27,726 nucleotides of DNA from a virus (IMGVR_UViG_3300025389_000090:1-27726), one strand, 5' to 3'; positions 1 through 7,812 are shown, counted from the first letter of the stretch. Notes: generated by a model from the letters alone, not told the origin. Made by a program: numbers and translations.

Positions 1-22
1 GATGTTTGGAGAAATGAAAATA

Positions 23-766
23 ATGAAAAGTAATAAATTGTTAGAAGATTTAATTGTTTATGAAAATTTTATTACTCAAGAAGAAGCATCTAAAACAATA
101 AAATTATTAAATAAACTTGCTGAAATTAAAGAAGATTACTGGAAACCAATATCTTTTTATGAATCTTATTCTTCTGGATACCCAGAAGACAACGACCCAA
201 TACTAGCTGAGTTTGGACTACCAAACGATTGGTTTTCTAGTCTATATCAAAAGTTTAAAAATGCGGTTGCTGAGGTTGCTGGCATAGAAGAATCAAAACT
301 TTCAAAAATAAGTTTTCATATTCAGAAATGGTTGCCAGGAGCATTTGCACCAGTACATTCGGACAATAGCTCAAATGAAGGAGTGATGGGAGCTTTTACA
401 AGAAGTAGATATGCAGCATTTTTATATTTAAATGATGATTTTGAGGGCGGGGAATTAGTGTTCCCACAACATAATTTAACTATACTTCCAAAATCAGGAA
501 TGTTAGCAGCATTTCATGGAGGACATAAGAATATGCATCAGGTTGACATTGTAAAAAAATCAGCAAGATATACCATAGGTTCATTTTTTGATGACAGAGA
601 AGAATCAGATTACCCACAAAAAACAAGAGATGTATGGGCAAAAGAACTTGCAGATGTTCGGGCTATGCAAAAAGAGCAGGCCGTAGAATGGGAAGATATC
701 AGAGAAAAAGGCTTAAGACTATCCCCAACTGGAAATCAATATCCAGCAAATGAAGTAGAAGGATAA
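23..766 (+). CDS. 2OG-Fe(II) dioxygenase, prolyl 4-hydroxylase-like (2OG-FeII_Oxy_3 type)
   Basis: HxD (APVHSD), AAFLYLNDDFEGGELVFP, distal His (NMHQV) and 2OG-binding Arg (ARYTI). Start uncertain: ATGs at 2, 14 and 23; GGAG at 8-11 favours 23. Confidence 0.88.
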   Translation: MKSNKLLEDLIVYENFITQEEASKTIKLLNKLAEIKEDYWKPISFYESYSSGYPEDNDPILAEFGLPNDWFSSLYQKFKNAVAEVAGIEESKLSKISFHIQKWLPGAFAPVHSDNSSNEGVMGAFTRSRYAAFLYLNDDFEGGELVFPQHNLTILPKSGMLAAFHGGHKNMHQVDIVKKSARYTIGSFFDDREESDYPQKTRDVWAKELADVRAMQKEQAVEWEDIREKGLRLSPTGNQYPANEVEG

Positions 767-769
767 TGT

Positions 770-1414
770 ATGCAAGAACAAAAATGGAAAAAACAGTATG
801 TAATGTTTGAGCTTAATAAACTTAGTTCTGATATTTGGTACTGGGAAAATACAATTAGTTATCCAGAAGAGTTAATGGATTTAATAAATAATTTAGATTT
901 TAATCCAGATTCTTATGTAAAAATTCCTCAGTGGAAACCTTGGGCAGCAAGTAATGATGCAAATACCTTGTACGGCGCAATTAAGATGATTAGATCAGAT
1001 TCTGTAAATATAAATTTATCAGATGAAAGAATAAATCAAAATGCTCTTTATATAATCAATAGTTTAAAGATGGCAGCAGAAATGTGCTATAACTCATATA
1101 TGGATGCTCATAGTTTTGATAAAAATAAATATATTCTTGATTTAGATCATGTGCCAGTTAGAAGGTGGGATATGGGTTCTAGTATGGGACCACATTCAGA
1201 CAGTAGCTATGCTTTTTCTAATTTAGCTTTTACTACGGTTACATATTTAAATGATAATTACAAAGGTGGGGAAATAGAATTTTCAGATTTAAATATAACT
1301 TTAAAACCAAAAGCTGGCAGCACAATAATGTTTCCTGCTTCAGTAATTCATCAAGTTAAAGAAGTTTTAAGTGGAAAACGATACATGTCTACTAATTCTG
1401 TCAATATGATATAA
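770..1414 (+). CDS. 2OG-Fe(II) dioxygenase, prolyl 4-hydroxylase-like
   Basis: MGPHSD, TVTYLNDNYKGGEIEF, PKAGSTIMFP, HQVKEVLSGKRY: complete HxD...H...R set. GAAGGA upstream. Confidence 0.9.
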   Translation: MQEQKWKKQYVMFELNKLSSDIWYWENTISYPEELMDLINNLDFNPDSYVKIPQWKPWAASNDANTLYGAIKMIRSDSVNINLSDERINQNALYIINSLKMAAEMCYNSYMDAHSFDKNKYILDLDHVPVRRWDMGSSMGPHSDSSYAFSNLAFTTVTYLNDNYKGGEIEFSDLNITLKPKAGSTIMFPASVIHQVKEVLSGKRYMSTNSVNMI

Positions 1415-1415
1415 T
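1407..1415 (+). promoter_or_regulatory. Extended -10 promoter candidate TGATATAAT
   Basis: Exact TGnTATAAT overlapping the stop codon of oxygenase 2, just upstream of the RBS of oxygenase 3. Confidence 0.5.
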
Positions 1416-1433
1416 TAGGCATTGGAGAAAAAA

Positions 1434-2282
1434 ATGAAATTTTATGATAGACCAGATTGTTTAAATTTATCACCATATGTAGATAATTATGGTACAAAAA
1501 GTGGAGTATTCGTATTTAAAAAATTTATTGATGAAGATTTAATTAAGGATATAGAATATTTTTTAAATAATGAACAAGCAGAAGTTCTTAATAATCCTTT
1601 AAATTTAATTGATTGGTATGAGGGAAGATCATCACCATTGCCACCAAGATTAATTGAAGTTTGGGAAAAGGTTAGTGAATTGATTGGCCCAGATTGGGTA
1701 ATACATCCATCTGCTTCTATACTGACATCAAAGCCTGGAGATAAAGGAATGTTTATTCATTCAGATAGTCCAGGAAAAGGTCAATGTCATTTATTGTCAC
1801 AAACAGATACTTATAAAACATGTTGTGAATTAGATTTTGGAGTTGTAATTTATTTTGGCGATTTTGAGGGCGGAGAAGTATTTTATCCAGATATTAATCC
1901 AGATGGTACAAAGAAAAACGAATGGCAGCTTATTGATAAAGATGCTCCATCTCTTGAATATAAACCAAATAAAGGTGATGTGGTAATACATTGTGCTTTT
2001 GATCCATATTCTCATGGAGTAAGAGATGTAACTTCTGGTGTTAGATATGCCTATTCTAATTTTTCTTTAAAAGCAATTGATAATCCAGGTACATTTTATA
2101 ATTATGGAACTCCAGAATATTATGAAGCAGTTGGAGATAAGAGCAGAGAGGCAATTATTGAATGGCTAAAGCCACTAAAAGAAAACCCACAGTTTACTCC
2201 AGAAGCAGTTAAAGAAATGCAAGATTCTGGATTGAAGGGTCCTGAATTATCTGCAGCATTTTTTGCAGATTTGCACGAATAA
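1434..2282 (+). CDS. Divergent 2OG-Fe(II) dioxygenase
   Basis: MFIHSD, VIYFGDFEGGEVFYP, YKPNKGDVVIH, HGVRDVTSGVRY. ATG 1434 with GGAG at 1424-1427 is preferred over the track's TTG at 1422. Confidence 0.85.
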   Translation: MKFYDRPDCLNLSPYVDNYGTKSGVFVFKKFIDEDLIKDIEYFLNNEQAEVLNNPLNLIDWYEGRSSPLPPRLIEVWEKVSELIGPDWVIHPSASILTSKPGDKGMFIHSDSPGKGQCHLLSQTDTYKTCCELDFGVVIYFGDFEGGEVFYPDINPDGTKKNEWQLIDKDAPSLEYKPNKGDVVIHCAFDPYSHGVRDVTSGVRYAYSNFSLKAIDNPGTFYNYGTPEYYEAVGDKSREAIIEWLKPLKENPQFTPEAVKEMQDSGLKGPELSAAFFADLHE

Positions 2283-2287
2283 TAAAT

Positions 2288-2494
2288 ATGAGAAAATTAA
2301 TTAACGGACAAGAAGCCGAAGAGTTTGATTATGCAATTGATTTAACTATACATACAAAATGCCCAGAAAAATGGCTTTTGATTGATCTTGAAACGGGTCA
2401 AGAATATATGGGTTCATCTAAACCCAACTTATATGGAAAATGGAAAAGAATAAAAGATGCTATTTTTAATAAAAAAGACCCTGTGTGGGATTAA
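2288..2494 (+). CDS. Small hypothetical phage protein (68 aa)
   Basis: Starts 5 nt after the upstream stop, same strand, ordinary globular composition (TKCPEKWLLIDLETGQEY). Confidence 0.7.
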   Translation: MRKLINGQEAEEFDYAIDLTIHTKCPEKWLLIDLETGQEYMGSSKPNLYGKWKRIKDAIFNKKDPVWD

Positions 2495-2591
2495 AGGTCA
2501 TACCTTAAAAATGGCAGGTTCATGCCCATTTACTGGTAAAACATATAATTATTGCAACAGATGCACACAGATGTTTTCAATTATTGGTTAA
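2457..2591 (+). CDS. 44-aa Cys/His mini-protein, putative zinc-binding (DUF1660-like spacing)
   Basis: Hand translation: MLFLIKKTLCGIKGHTLKMAGSCPFTGKTYNYCNRCTQMFSIIG*, pattern CxxxGH...C...CxxC. Fills an otherwise empty gap and is below the track's length cutoff. Confidence 0.65.
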   Translation: MLFLIKKTLCGIKGHTLKMAGSCPFTGKTYNYCNRCTQMFSIIG

Positions 2592-2606
2592 CTTCAGCAC
2601 ATAATA

Positions 2607-2635
2607 TTCGCTACAGATAAAGAAAGTGGTAAAAT
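2607..2635 (+). promoter_or_regulatory. Promoter: -35-like TTCGCT, 17 nt spacer, extended -10 TGGTAAAAT
   Basis: TTCGCT 2607-2612 and TAAAAT 2630-2635, the same geometry as 10433-10461. The ATG is only 8 nt downstream. Confidence 0.55.
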
Positions 2636-2643
2636 AGACTTAT

Positions 2644-2973
2644 ATGAAAATTACACCTGTTGAAGAAGTTAATTACGGAACATACCTATGGCAGATGCCA
2701 GATGGTAAATTAGTATCTGATGAAGATGGTAACTTTATGTGTATTTATGCAATTAAGGGTGATGTAAAAAAGATTACAGAACTTAGAAATTTTGCCAAGT
2801 CTTATGGCGTTGAGGATGGGGAACCAGTATGGTTTTCTGGTCACCGCCCAGTTTCTGCCGAAGAGTACGATAATCAGAAGCAGAGAATGGACTGGGGATT
2901 AGTTGCAGACGAATGGGACATCCCAGCTCTAAAAGAAGATTTAGAGCAAAAGAAAAAAATGGGGATTATTTAA
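2644..2973 (+). CDS. Hypothetical protein immediately upstream of portal
   Basis: 109-aa ORF abutting the portal start (TAA then ATG). No recognisable motif. Confidence 0.8.
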   Translation: MKITPVEEVNYGTYLWQMPDGKLVSDEDGNFMCIYAIKGDVKKITELRNFAKSYGVEDGEPVWFSGHRPVSAEEYDNQKQRMDWGLVADEWDIPALKEDLEQKKKMGII

Positions 2974-4554
2974 ATGGAACACAAAGCTACAGTAGTAGAT
3001 GATAACGATGATTTTGCTAAAGGCTATTCTCTTGAAATTGAAGGAGCAGCTTTAGGTACTTCTCCACGTGAATTGCAGGAGACAGATTTTGATGATCCAT
3101 TTTTGGCAAAGGCTGAAGACCTTTTAAAAATTGAAAACCTTAACCCAAACTTTAGACGAAATGCTTCTCGTAAATTAAATAAAGCTTATACTGGTTTGGA
3201 TGATGCTAAATCAAAAAAGCTTGATCCGTTAGATTTAACTGGATATTCATTATTCCAGATCGTACAACCACCTTACAATGTTATGTACCTTGCTCAGCTT
3301 TATGATGTTTCCCCTTATCACCACGCAGCAATTGATGCTAAGGTTGCAAATACGGTTGGCCTTGGATATAAATTTGTAGAGACCCAAAAAGTTTTAGACA
3401 AGCTAGAAGATGCTTCAGAAAATGAACCAGTTTTAGAAAAAGTTAGAAGAAAAATTTCTCGTGCTAGAGTAATGATGAGAGAAAAAGTTGAAAGCTTAAA
3501 CTCAGATGATTCATTTGAAGAGGTCCTTCGCAAGGTTTATAAAGACCTAGAAACAACTGGAAATGGCTATCTTGAAGTAGGTAGAACATCTGCAGGAGAG
3601 ATCGGCTACATAGGCCACATACCTGCCATTACAATGCGTATAAGACGGCATAGAGACGGTTTTGTACAGGTAGTATACAACCGCTATACCTATTTCAGAA
3701 ACTTTGGCGACACAACCACACAGGACCAAATAGGCACAGATCCACGTCCTAATGAAGTTATTCATTTTAAGAAGTACACTCCAACAAATACCTATTATGG
3801 CGTTCCAGATATTTTGTCTGCTAAAAATGCAGTTGCTGGTGATGAGTTTGCTTCCCGTTATAATTTAGATTATTTTGAAAATAAAGCTGTGCCCCGTTAT
3901 ATTATTACAACCAAGGGTGCTCGTTTAAATGCTGATTCTGAAAGAAAGCTTTTAGAATTTTTCCAAATAGGTCTTAAAGGCAGAAATCACAGAACTCTTT
4001 ATATTCCTCTTCCAGCAGATAATGACTCGGCCCGTGTAGAGTTTAATATGGAGCCAATTGAGGCGGGGATACAAGATTCATCCTTTAGCAACTATGCTAT
4101 AGAAAATAGAGATCGTATTCTTATTGCTCATAGAACCCCATTATCTAAAATCGGTAACGGGACACCAAGCCCATTAGATGATAAGATATTTAAAGAGCAG
4201 GTCACAAGACCAGCACAGGATGCATTAGAAATTCAAATTAATAAAATTATTAAAGAATTTACTGATATGTTTAAATTTAAGTTTGAAGAACTTACTCTTA
4301 CTGATGAATTGGCACAAGCTCAAATTGATCAAATCTACCTTACAACTCAGGTATTAAAGCCAAATGAAGTTAGAATGAGATTGGGTATGAATCCAATTGA
4401 TTCTGGCGATGAGGTATTTGATCCAGCAGCCAAAGCTGCAGAAATCCAAGCTCAAACTATGGATTCAAGAGCAAGAGATAAAACCAGAAATGCAGCCCCA
4501 GAAGAGGCGGTCAGCGGTAGAGCCAGAAAAGGCGAAGGCAGAAAAGTAAAATAA
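2974..4554 (+). CDS. Phage portal protein (HK97/PBSX-like)
   Basis: 526 aa with DLETTGNGYLEV, NEVIHFKKYTPTNTYYGVP, YFENKAVP and LKPNEVRMRLGMNPI; sits before protease and capsid. Confidence 0.92.
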   Translation: MEHKATVVDDNDDFAKGYSLEIEGAALGTSPRELQETDFDDPFLAKAEDLLKIENLNPNFRRNASRKLNKAYTGLDDAKSKKLDPLDLTGYSLFQIVQPPYNVMYLAQLYDVSPYHHAAIDAKVANTVGLGYKFVETQKVLDKLEDASENEPVLEKVRRKISRARVMMREKVESLNSDDSFEEVLRKVYKDLETTGNGYLEVGRTSAGEIGYIGHIPAITMRIRRHRDGFVQVVYNRYTYFRNFGDTTTQDQIGTDPRPNEVIHFKKYTPTNTYYGVPDILSAKNAVAGDEFASRYNLDYFENKAVPRYIITTKGARLNADSERKLLEFFQIGLKGRNHRTLYIPLPADNDSARVEFNMEPIEAGIQDSSFSNYAIENRDRILIAHRTPLSKIGNGTPSPLDDKIFKEQVTRPAQDALEIQINKIIKEFTDMFKFKFEELTLTDELAQAQIDQIYLTTQVLKPNEVRMRLGMNPIDSGDEVFDPAAKAAEIQAQTMDSRARDKTRNAAPEEAVSGRARKGEGRKVK

Positions 4555-4569
4555 TACACTAGAATTATT

Positions 4570-4597
4570 TTGCCTTTATACTACACACTGATATTAT
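4570..4597 (+). promoter_or_regulatory. Promoter: TTGCCT, then extended -10 TGATATTAT
   Basis: Intergenic; TATTAT 4592-4597 preceded by TG. ATG 10 nt downstream with no SD. Confidence 0.5.
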
Positions 4598-4607
4598 TTA
4601 ACTTAGA

Positions 4608-6134
4608 ATGAACATTCAAAAAGTACAATGGAATAATAGCCAGTCTACAGTCAATATGTCCTTCCCTATCACCAAGGTAGATAAGGAAAAAAGGACTGTC
4701 TCTGGGTTTGCAACATTAGATAATATTGACCGTCATGGCGACATTGTAACAGCAGAAGCATCAGAAAAAGCATTTGCACGTTTTAGAGGAAACCTCCGTG
4801 AAATGCATGCCCCAATTGCTGTAGGTAAAGTTTTATCATTCCATCCAGAAGATTATCTTGATAAAGAATCTGGAAAAACTTATAAAGGTATTTATGTGCA
4901 GGCTTATGTTTCTAAGGGAGCACAGGACACTTGGGAAAAAGTTCTTGATGGAACTATGACTGGTTTTTCAATTGGCGGGAATATTGTAGATGCTGGAGTA
5001 ATGCCAGGAGATAAAAATGATCATCGTGTTATTAAAGAATATGATCTTATGGAACTTTCATTAGTTGACTCACCAGCAAATCCACTTGCAAGCATTTTTT
5101 CTATTCAAAAAAATGTTGATGGTTCTTCATTTATGAAAGGTATGGCAGCAGATACTAAAATTGAAAATGTTTATTGGTGCAAAAAAGATCAGATTGCATC
5201 CTCAACAATTGCATCTTCAAAAGATTGCGTTATTTGCGGTACAGGAATGGATAATGTTGGTTGGATAGAATCTTCAGAAACTGAAAAGGGATTGGCAATT
5301 AGCAAAGTTGTTGATTCTTATTTCAAGAAAGATGATGCTCCAGGTCCAGATCATTCAGCCACCACTCAAGATGGAGATGCTGGAACAGTTAACTCAAAAG
5401 AAACAATTAATCTTTATCCAGATCAAAATAAAGCAAAACAAAGACTGAGAAGAAAACTCAAGAAAAAAACAACACTAAAGAAGTCTGATTCAGTAAATGA
5501 TTCAGAGTATGCTAATGAAGGAGGTAATAAAATGGCAGACGAAACAAATAATGACGCAGTAGCGGATGCAATCGAACAGATTGTAGAAGCAGCAGAATCA
5601 GCAATTGATGCAATTGTAAATTCAGCAGCTGATGTCGAAACTCCAGCAGATGCTCCAGCAGCAGATGCACCAGCAGATGCACCAGCTACAGATGAAACTC
5701 CAGTAGCAGCAGATGCACCAGCAGAAGCTCCAGCAGAAGAAGCCGTAGAGAAGTCGGTCACAAGCGCAGAGGCAACAGAGCCTTTTGCAAAGATGTTGAC
5801 AGAAATGCGCAACCTCTTCAGCGAAGCAGTAGAACAGAATTCTGCAGACACAGAAGCAAAAATCCAAAAGTCAGTAGATACAGTAGAGGCAGCACGTGCC
5901 GAATACATGAGTGCCGTAGAAGGCATGAAAAAAGATCTTACAGATCTAACTAACAATATCTCTGATTTCTTCAAAAGATTTGAAGAGCTAGAAAAGCGTT
6001 TTGGTGCTTACGAGAGTGATACTGCAGTACAAAAGTCCATTGGTGAAGTAGAAAACTCGCCAAGGGGTACTAGACTCCAGAAAAATATGGAGTTCGATTG
6101 GCAAGGATCCTTCCTCGGTTCCGCAAATCTATAA
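4608..6134 (+). CDS. Prohead maturation protease (HK97-like) fused to a C-terminal scaffold
   Basis: VSGFATLDNIDRHGDIV, LREMH (catalytic His), GFSIGG (catalytic Ser), ELSLVDSPANP; the C-terminal part is acidic, Ala-rich and coiled-coil-like. Confidence 0.9.
   Translation: MNIQKVQWNNSQSTVNMSFPITKVDKEKRTVSGFATLDNIDRHGDIVTAEASEKAFARFRGNLREMHAPIAVGKVLSFHPEDYLDKESGKTYKGIYVQAYVSKGAQDTWEKVLDGTMTGFSIGGNIVDAGVMPGDKNDHRVIKEYDLMELSLVDSPANPLASIFSIQKNVDGSSFMKGMAADTKIENVYWCKKDQIASSTIASSKDCVICGTGMDNVGWIESSETEKGLAISKVVDSYFKKDDAPGPDHSATTQDGDAGTVNSKETINLYPDQNKAKQRLRRKLKKKTTLKKSDSVNDSEYANEGGNKMADETNNDAVADAIEQIVEAAESAIDAIVNSAADVETPADAPAADAPADAPATDETPVAADAPAEAPAEEAVEKSVTSAEATEPFAKMLTEMRNLFSEAVEQNSADTEAKIQKSVDTVEAARAEYMSAVEGMKKDLTDLTNNISDFFKRFEELEKRFGAYESDTAVQKSIGEVENSPRGTRLQKNMEFDWQGSFLGSANL
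5532..6134 (+). CDS. Nested in-frame scaffolding protein (200 aa, MADETNN...)
   Basis: Perfect SD AAGGAGGT at 5518-5525, 6 nt before an in-frame ATG (offset 924 from 4608). Composition switches to acidic/helical at this point. Confidence 0.7.
   Translation: MADETNNDAVADAIEQIVEAAESAIDAIVNSAADVETPADAPAADAPADAPATDETPVAADAPAEAPAEEAVEKSVTSAEATEPFAKMLTEMRNLFSEAVEQNSADTEAKIQKSVDTVEAARAEYMSAVEGMKKDLTDLTNNISDFFKRFEELEKRFGAYESDTAVQKSIGEVENSPRGTRLQKNMEFDWQGSFLGSANL
5643..5740 (+). repeat. Degenerate coding repeat CCAGCAGA(T/A)GC(A/T), encoding PADAPAADAPADAPA...APAEAPAEE
   Basis: Directly visible imperfect 12-15 nt units within the scaffold linker. Confidence 0.75.
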
Positions 6135-6148
6135 AAATCAACAAATAC

Positions 6149-6170
6149 AAAGGTGGTGAAATAAAAAATG
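6149..6170 (+). promoter_or_regulatory. Translation initiation region AAAGGTGGTGAAATAAAAAATG (copy 1, major capsid)
   Basis: 22/22 identical to 10501-10522. Confidence 0.85.
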
Positions 6171-7322
6171 AGCAATGAACTTTTACAAAAAGTAATTGAC
6201 ACAACAAACCTTGGAACTTCAGGTTCTGATCTATCAGGTGACGGACGTACCCATTCAGGTACAGGTCTTCTATACCCAGATCAGGCTAACAGATTCCTAG
6301 ATTACATGTGGGATGCTACGATTCTCGCTAAGGCGGCTCGTACAATTCGCATGCGTTCAAACACAACTGAGATTGATCGTGTTTCTGTAGGACAGAGACT
6401 GATGACAGTTGCAGCAGAAGAGAACCCTCGTGACTACGTTAACGCAGCAGGAGATCAGTTCACTACAGCAGGTGCAACATTTTCTAAGATTTCTCTAACA
6501 ACTCGCAAGCTTCGTCTTGATTGGGAGCTCTCAGCAGAGGCTCTTGAAGACAATCTTGAGGGACCAGATCTCGAAGATCATATCGCCCGCTTGATGGCAA
6601 CACAGGCAGGTAACGACATCGAAGATACTCTTATCAACGGTACTGGATCAGGCAGCGGACTTATGTCAGCATTTGTCGGATTCAGAGCTAACGCTCTAGC
6701 AAACGCACACGTTGTTGATGGTAACGCACAGGGACTTGACAAAGCTGTTTTCAATACAGCAATTAAGACCTTGCCACGTAAGTACAAGCAGCGTCGCAAT
6801 CAGCTTCGTTTCTTCGTAGGATCAAACTTAGTTCAGGATTATCTATATAATCTTACAGCTAACGCTGGTTCTGTGAATCCATGGGATATCGCTTCTGGCG
6901 TAATCCGTGGTGACGTAGTTGCTAACGATGGTGGTCCTGGTACCACTACACCGTTTGCTTTCGGTATCCCAGTAATCAACGTTCCTCTTATGGATGAAAC
7001 CCGTGATTCAACTGGTAAGGCATATGGCGACTCAGGCTACGATGCAACTTCAGGTCTCTTTGGTGATGTCCACTTGACATTCCCACAGAACTTTATCGTT
7101 GGTATCAAGCGTGATGTTGTTGTCTACCGTCTCTTCCAGCCAAAGAAAGACACAATTGAATATACACTATTCATTCGTGTTGGCTGCGCTTTCGAGAACT
7201 ACGATGCACATGTTATCGTCAAGAATGTTAAGGTCTCAGGAACCCAGTTCGGTTCACTTGGATCAGTAACACACGGTTCACTAGTATCTAATGCAGATAC
7301 ACATACACGTGGTACATTCTAA
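6168..7322 (+). CDS. Major capsid protein (HK97 fold)
   Basis: 384 aa directly after protease/scaffold, with GLLYPDQANRFLD, ELSAEALEDNLEG, DIEDTLINGTG and FGIPVINVPLM. Strong RBS, high-expression codon bias, followed by a terminator. Confidence 0.93.
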   Translation: MSNELLQKVIDTTNLGTSGSDLSGDGRTHSGTGLLYPDQANRFLDYMWDATILAKAARTIRMRSNTTEIDRVSVGQRLMTVAAEENPRDYVNAAGDQFTTAGATFSKISLTTRKLRLDWELSAEALEDNLEGPDLEDHIARLMATQAGNDIEDTLINGTGSGSGLMSAFVGFRANALANAHVVDGNAQGLDKAVFNTAIKTLPRKYKQRRNQLRFFVGSNLVQDYLYNLTANAGSVNPWDIASGVIRGDVVANDGGPGTTTPFAFGIPVINVPLMDETRDSTGKAYGDSGYDATSGLFGDVHLTFPQNFIVGIKRDVVVYRLFQPKKDTIEYTLFIRVGCAFENYDAHVIVKNVKVSGTQFGSLGSVTHGSLVSNADTHTRGTF

Positions 7323-7343
7323 TCTAACCTATTAAAGGTGCAA

Positions 7344-7385
7344 ATAAGCGGGGAGGACTTAAAATCCTCCCCCTTATACTTTATA
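7344..7385 (+). terminator. Intrinsic terminator after the capsid gene
   Basis: ATAAG(C)GGGGAGGA, loop CTTAAAA, TCCTCCCC-CTTAT, followed by ACTTT. Confidence 0.8.
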
Positions 7386-7392
7386 TAATAGA

Positions 7393-7401
7393 TGGTATAA
7401 T
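7393..7401 (+). promoter_or_regulatory. Extended -10 promoter TGGTATAAT
   Basis: Consensus TGnTATAAT immediately after the terminator. Confidence 0.65.
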
Positions 7402-7425
7402 AGATACGACATGAGAGGAAAAGAT

Positions 7426-7812
7426 ATGTCATTTGATACATTAAAAATTACAGAATTAAAAAAGGTAGCAGAAACCTTTGGCGTAGAATTGCCAGAAAAA
7501 GCTACAAAGCAATCAATTCTTTTAGAACTTGAAGATAATGGAATTTCATACGATATGTACGCAAAGTTTAGCGGTACAGAAAAAGTAGAAATTGAACAGC
7601 CAACAAAAGAAAAGAAAGTTAAGCTTGATAAAGCTAAGACTATTTTAGTAAGAATGGATAAGGCTAATCCATCTTATACTGTTTATGGATACACCTTTAC
7701 TCAGGAACATCCATTTGTAGCCATGACAGAAGACGACGCTACAAAGATTTTTGACCATGAGCCAGGCTTTAGACCAGCAACTCCTAGAGAAGCTCAGGAG
7801 TTTTATAATTAA
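7426..7812 (+). CDS. Hypothetical head-region protein with N-terminal Rho-N/HeH-like helical motif
   Basis: FDTLKITELKKVAETFGVELPEKATKQSIL fits the helix-extension-helix pattern. GAGAGGA precedes ATG 7426; the track start is 7411. Confidence 0.7.
   Translation: MSFDTLKITELKKVAETFGVELPEKATKQSILLELEDNGISYDMYAKFSGTEKVEIEQPTKEKKVKLDKAKTILVRMDKANPSYTVYGYTFTQEHPFVAMTEDDATKIFDHEPGFRPATPREAQEFYN

Noticed and set aside
1-33. Possible 3' end of an upstream gene (DVWRNENNEK*)
   Set aside because: Only 11 codons are visible, which is too little to support without flanking sequence.
5423-5974. 183-aa and 81-aa (Cys/Trp-rich) minus-strand ORFs
   Set aside because: Antisense shadows of the GCA/CCA-rich scaffold repeat, with no RBS; their composition is explained by the + strand codons.
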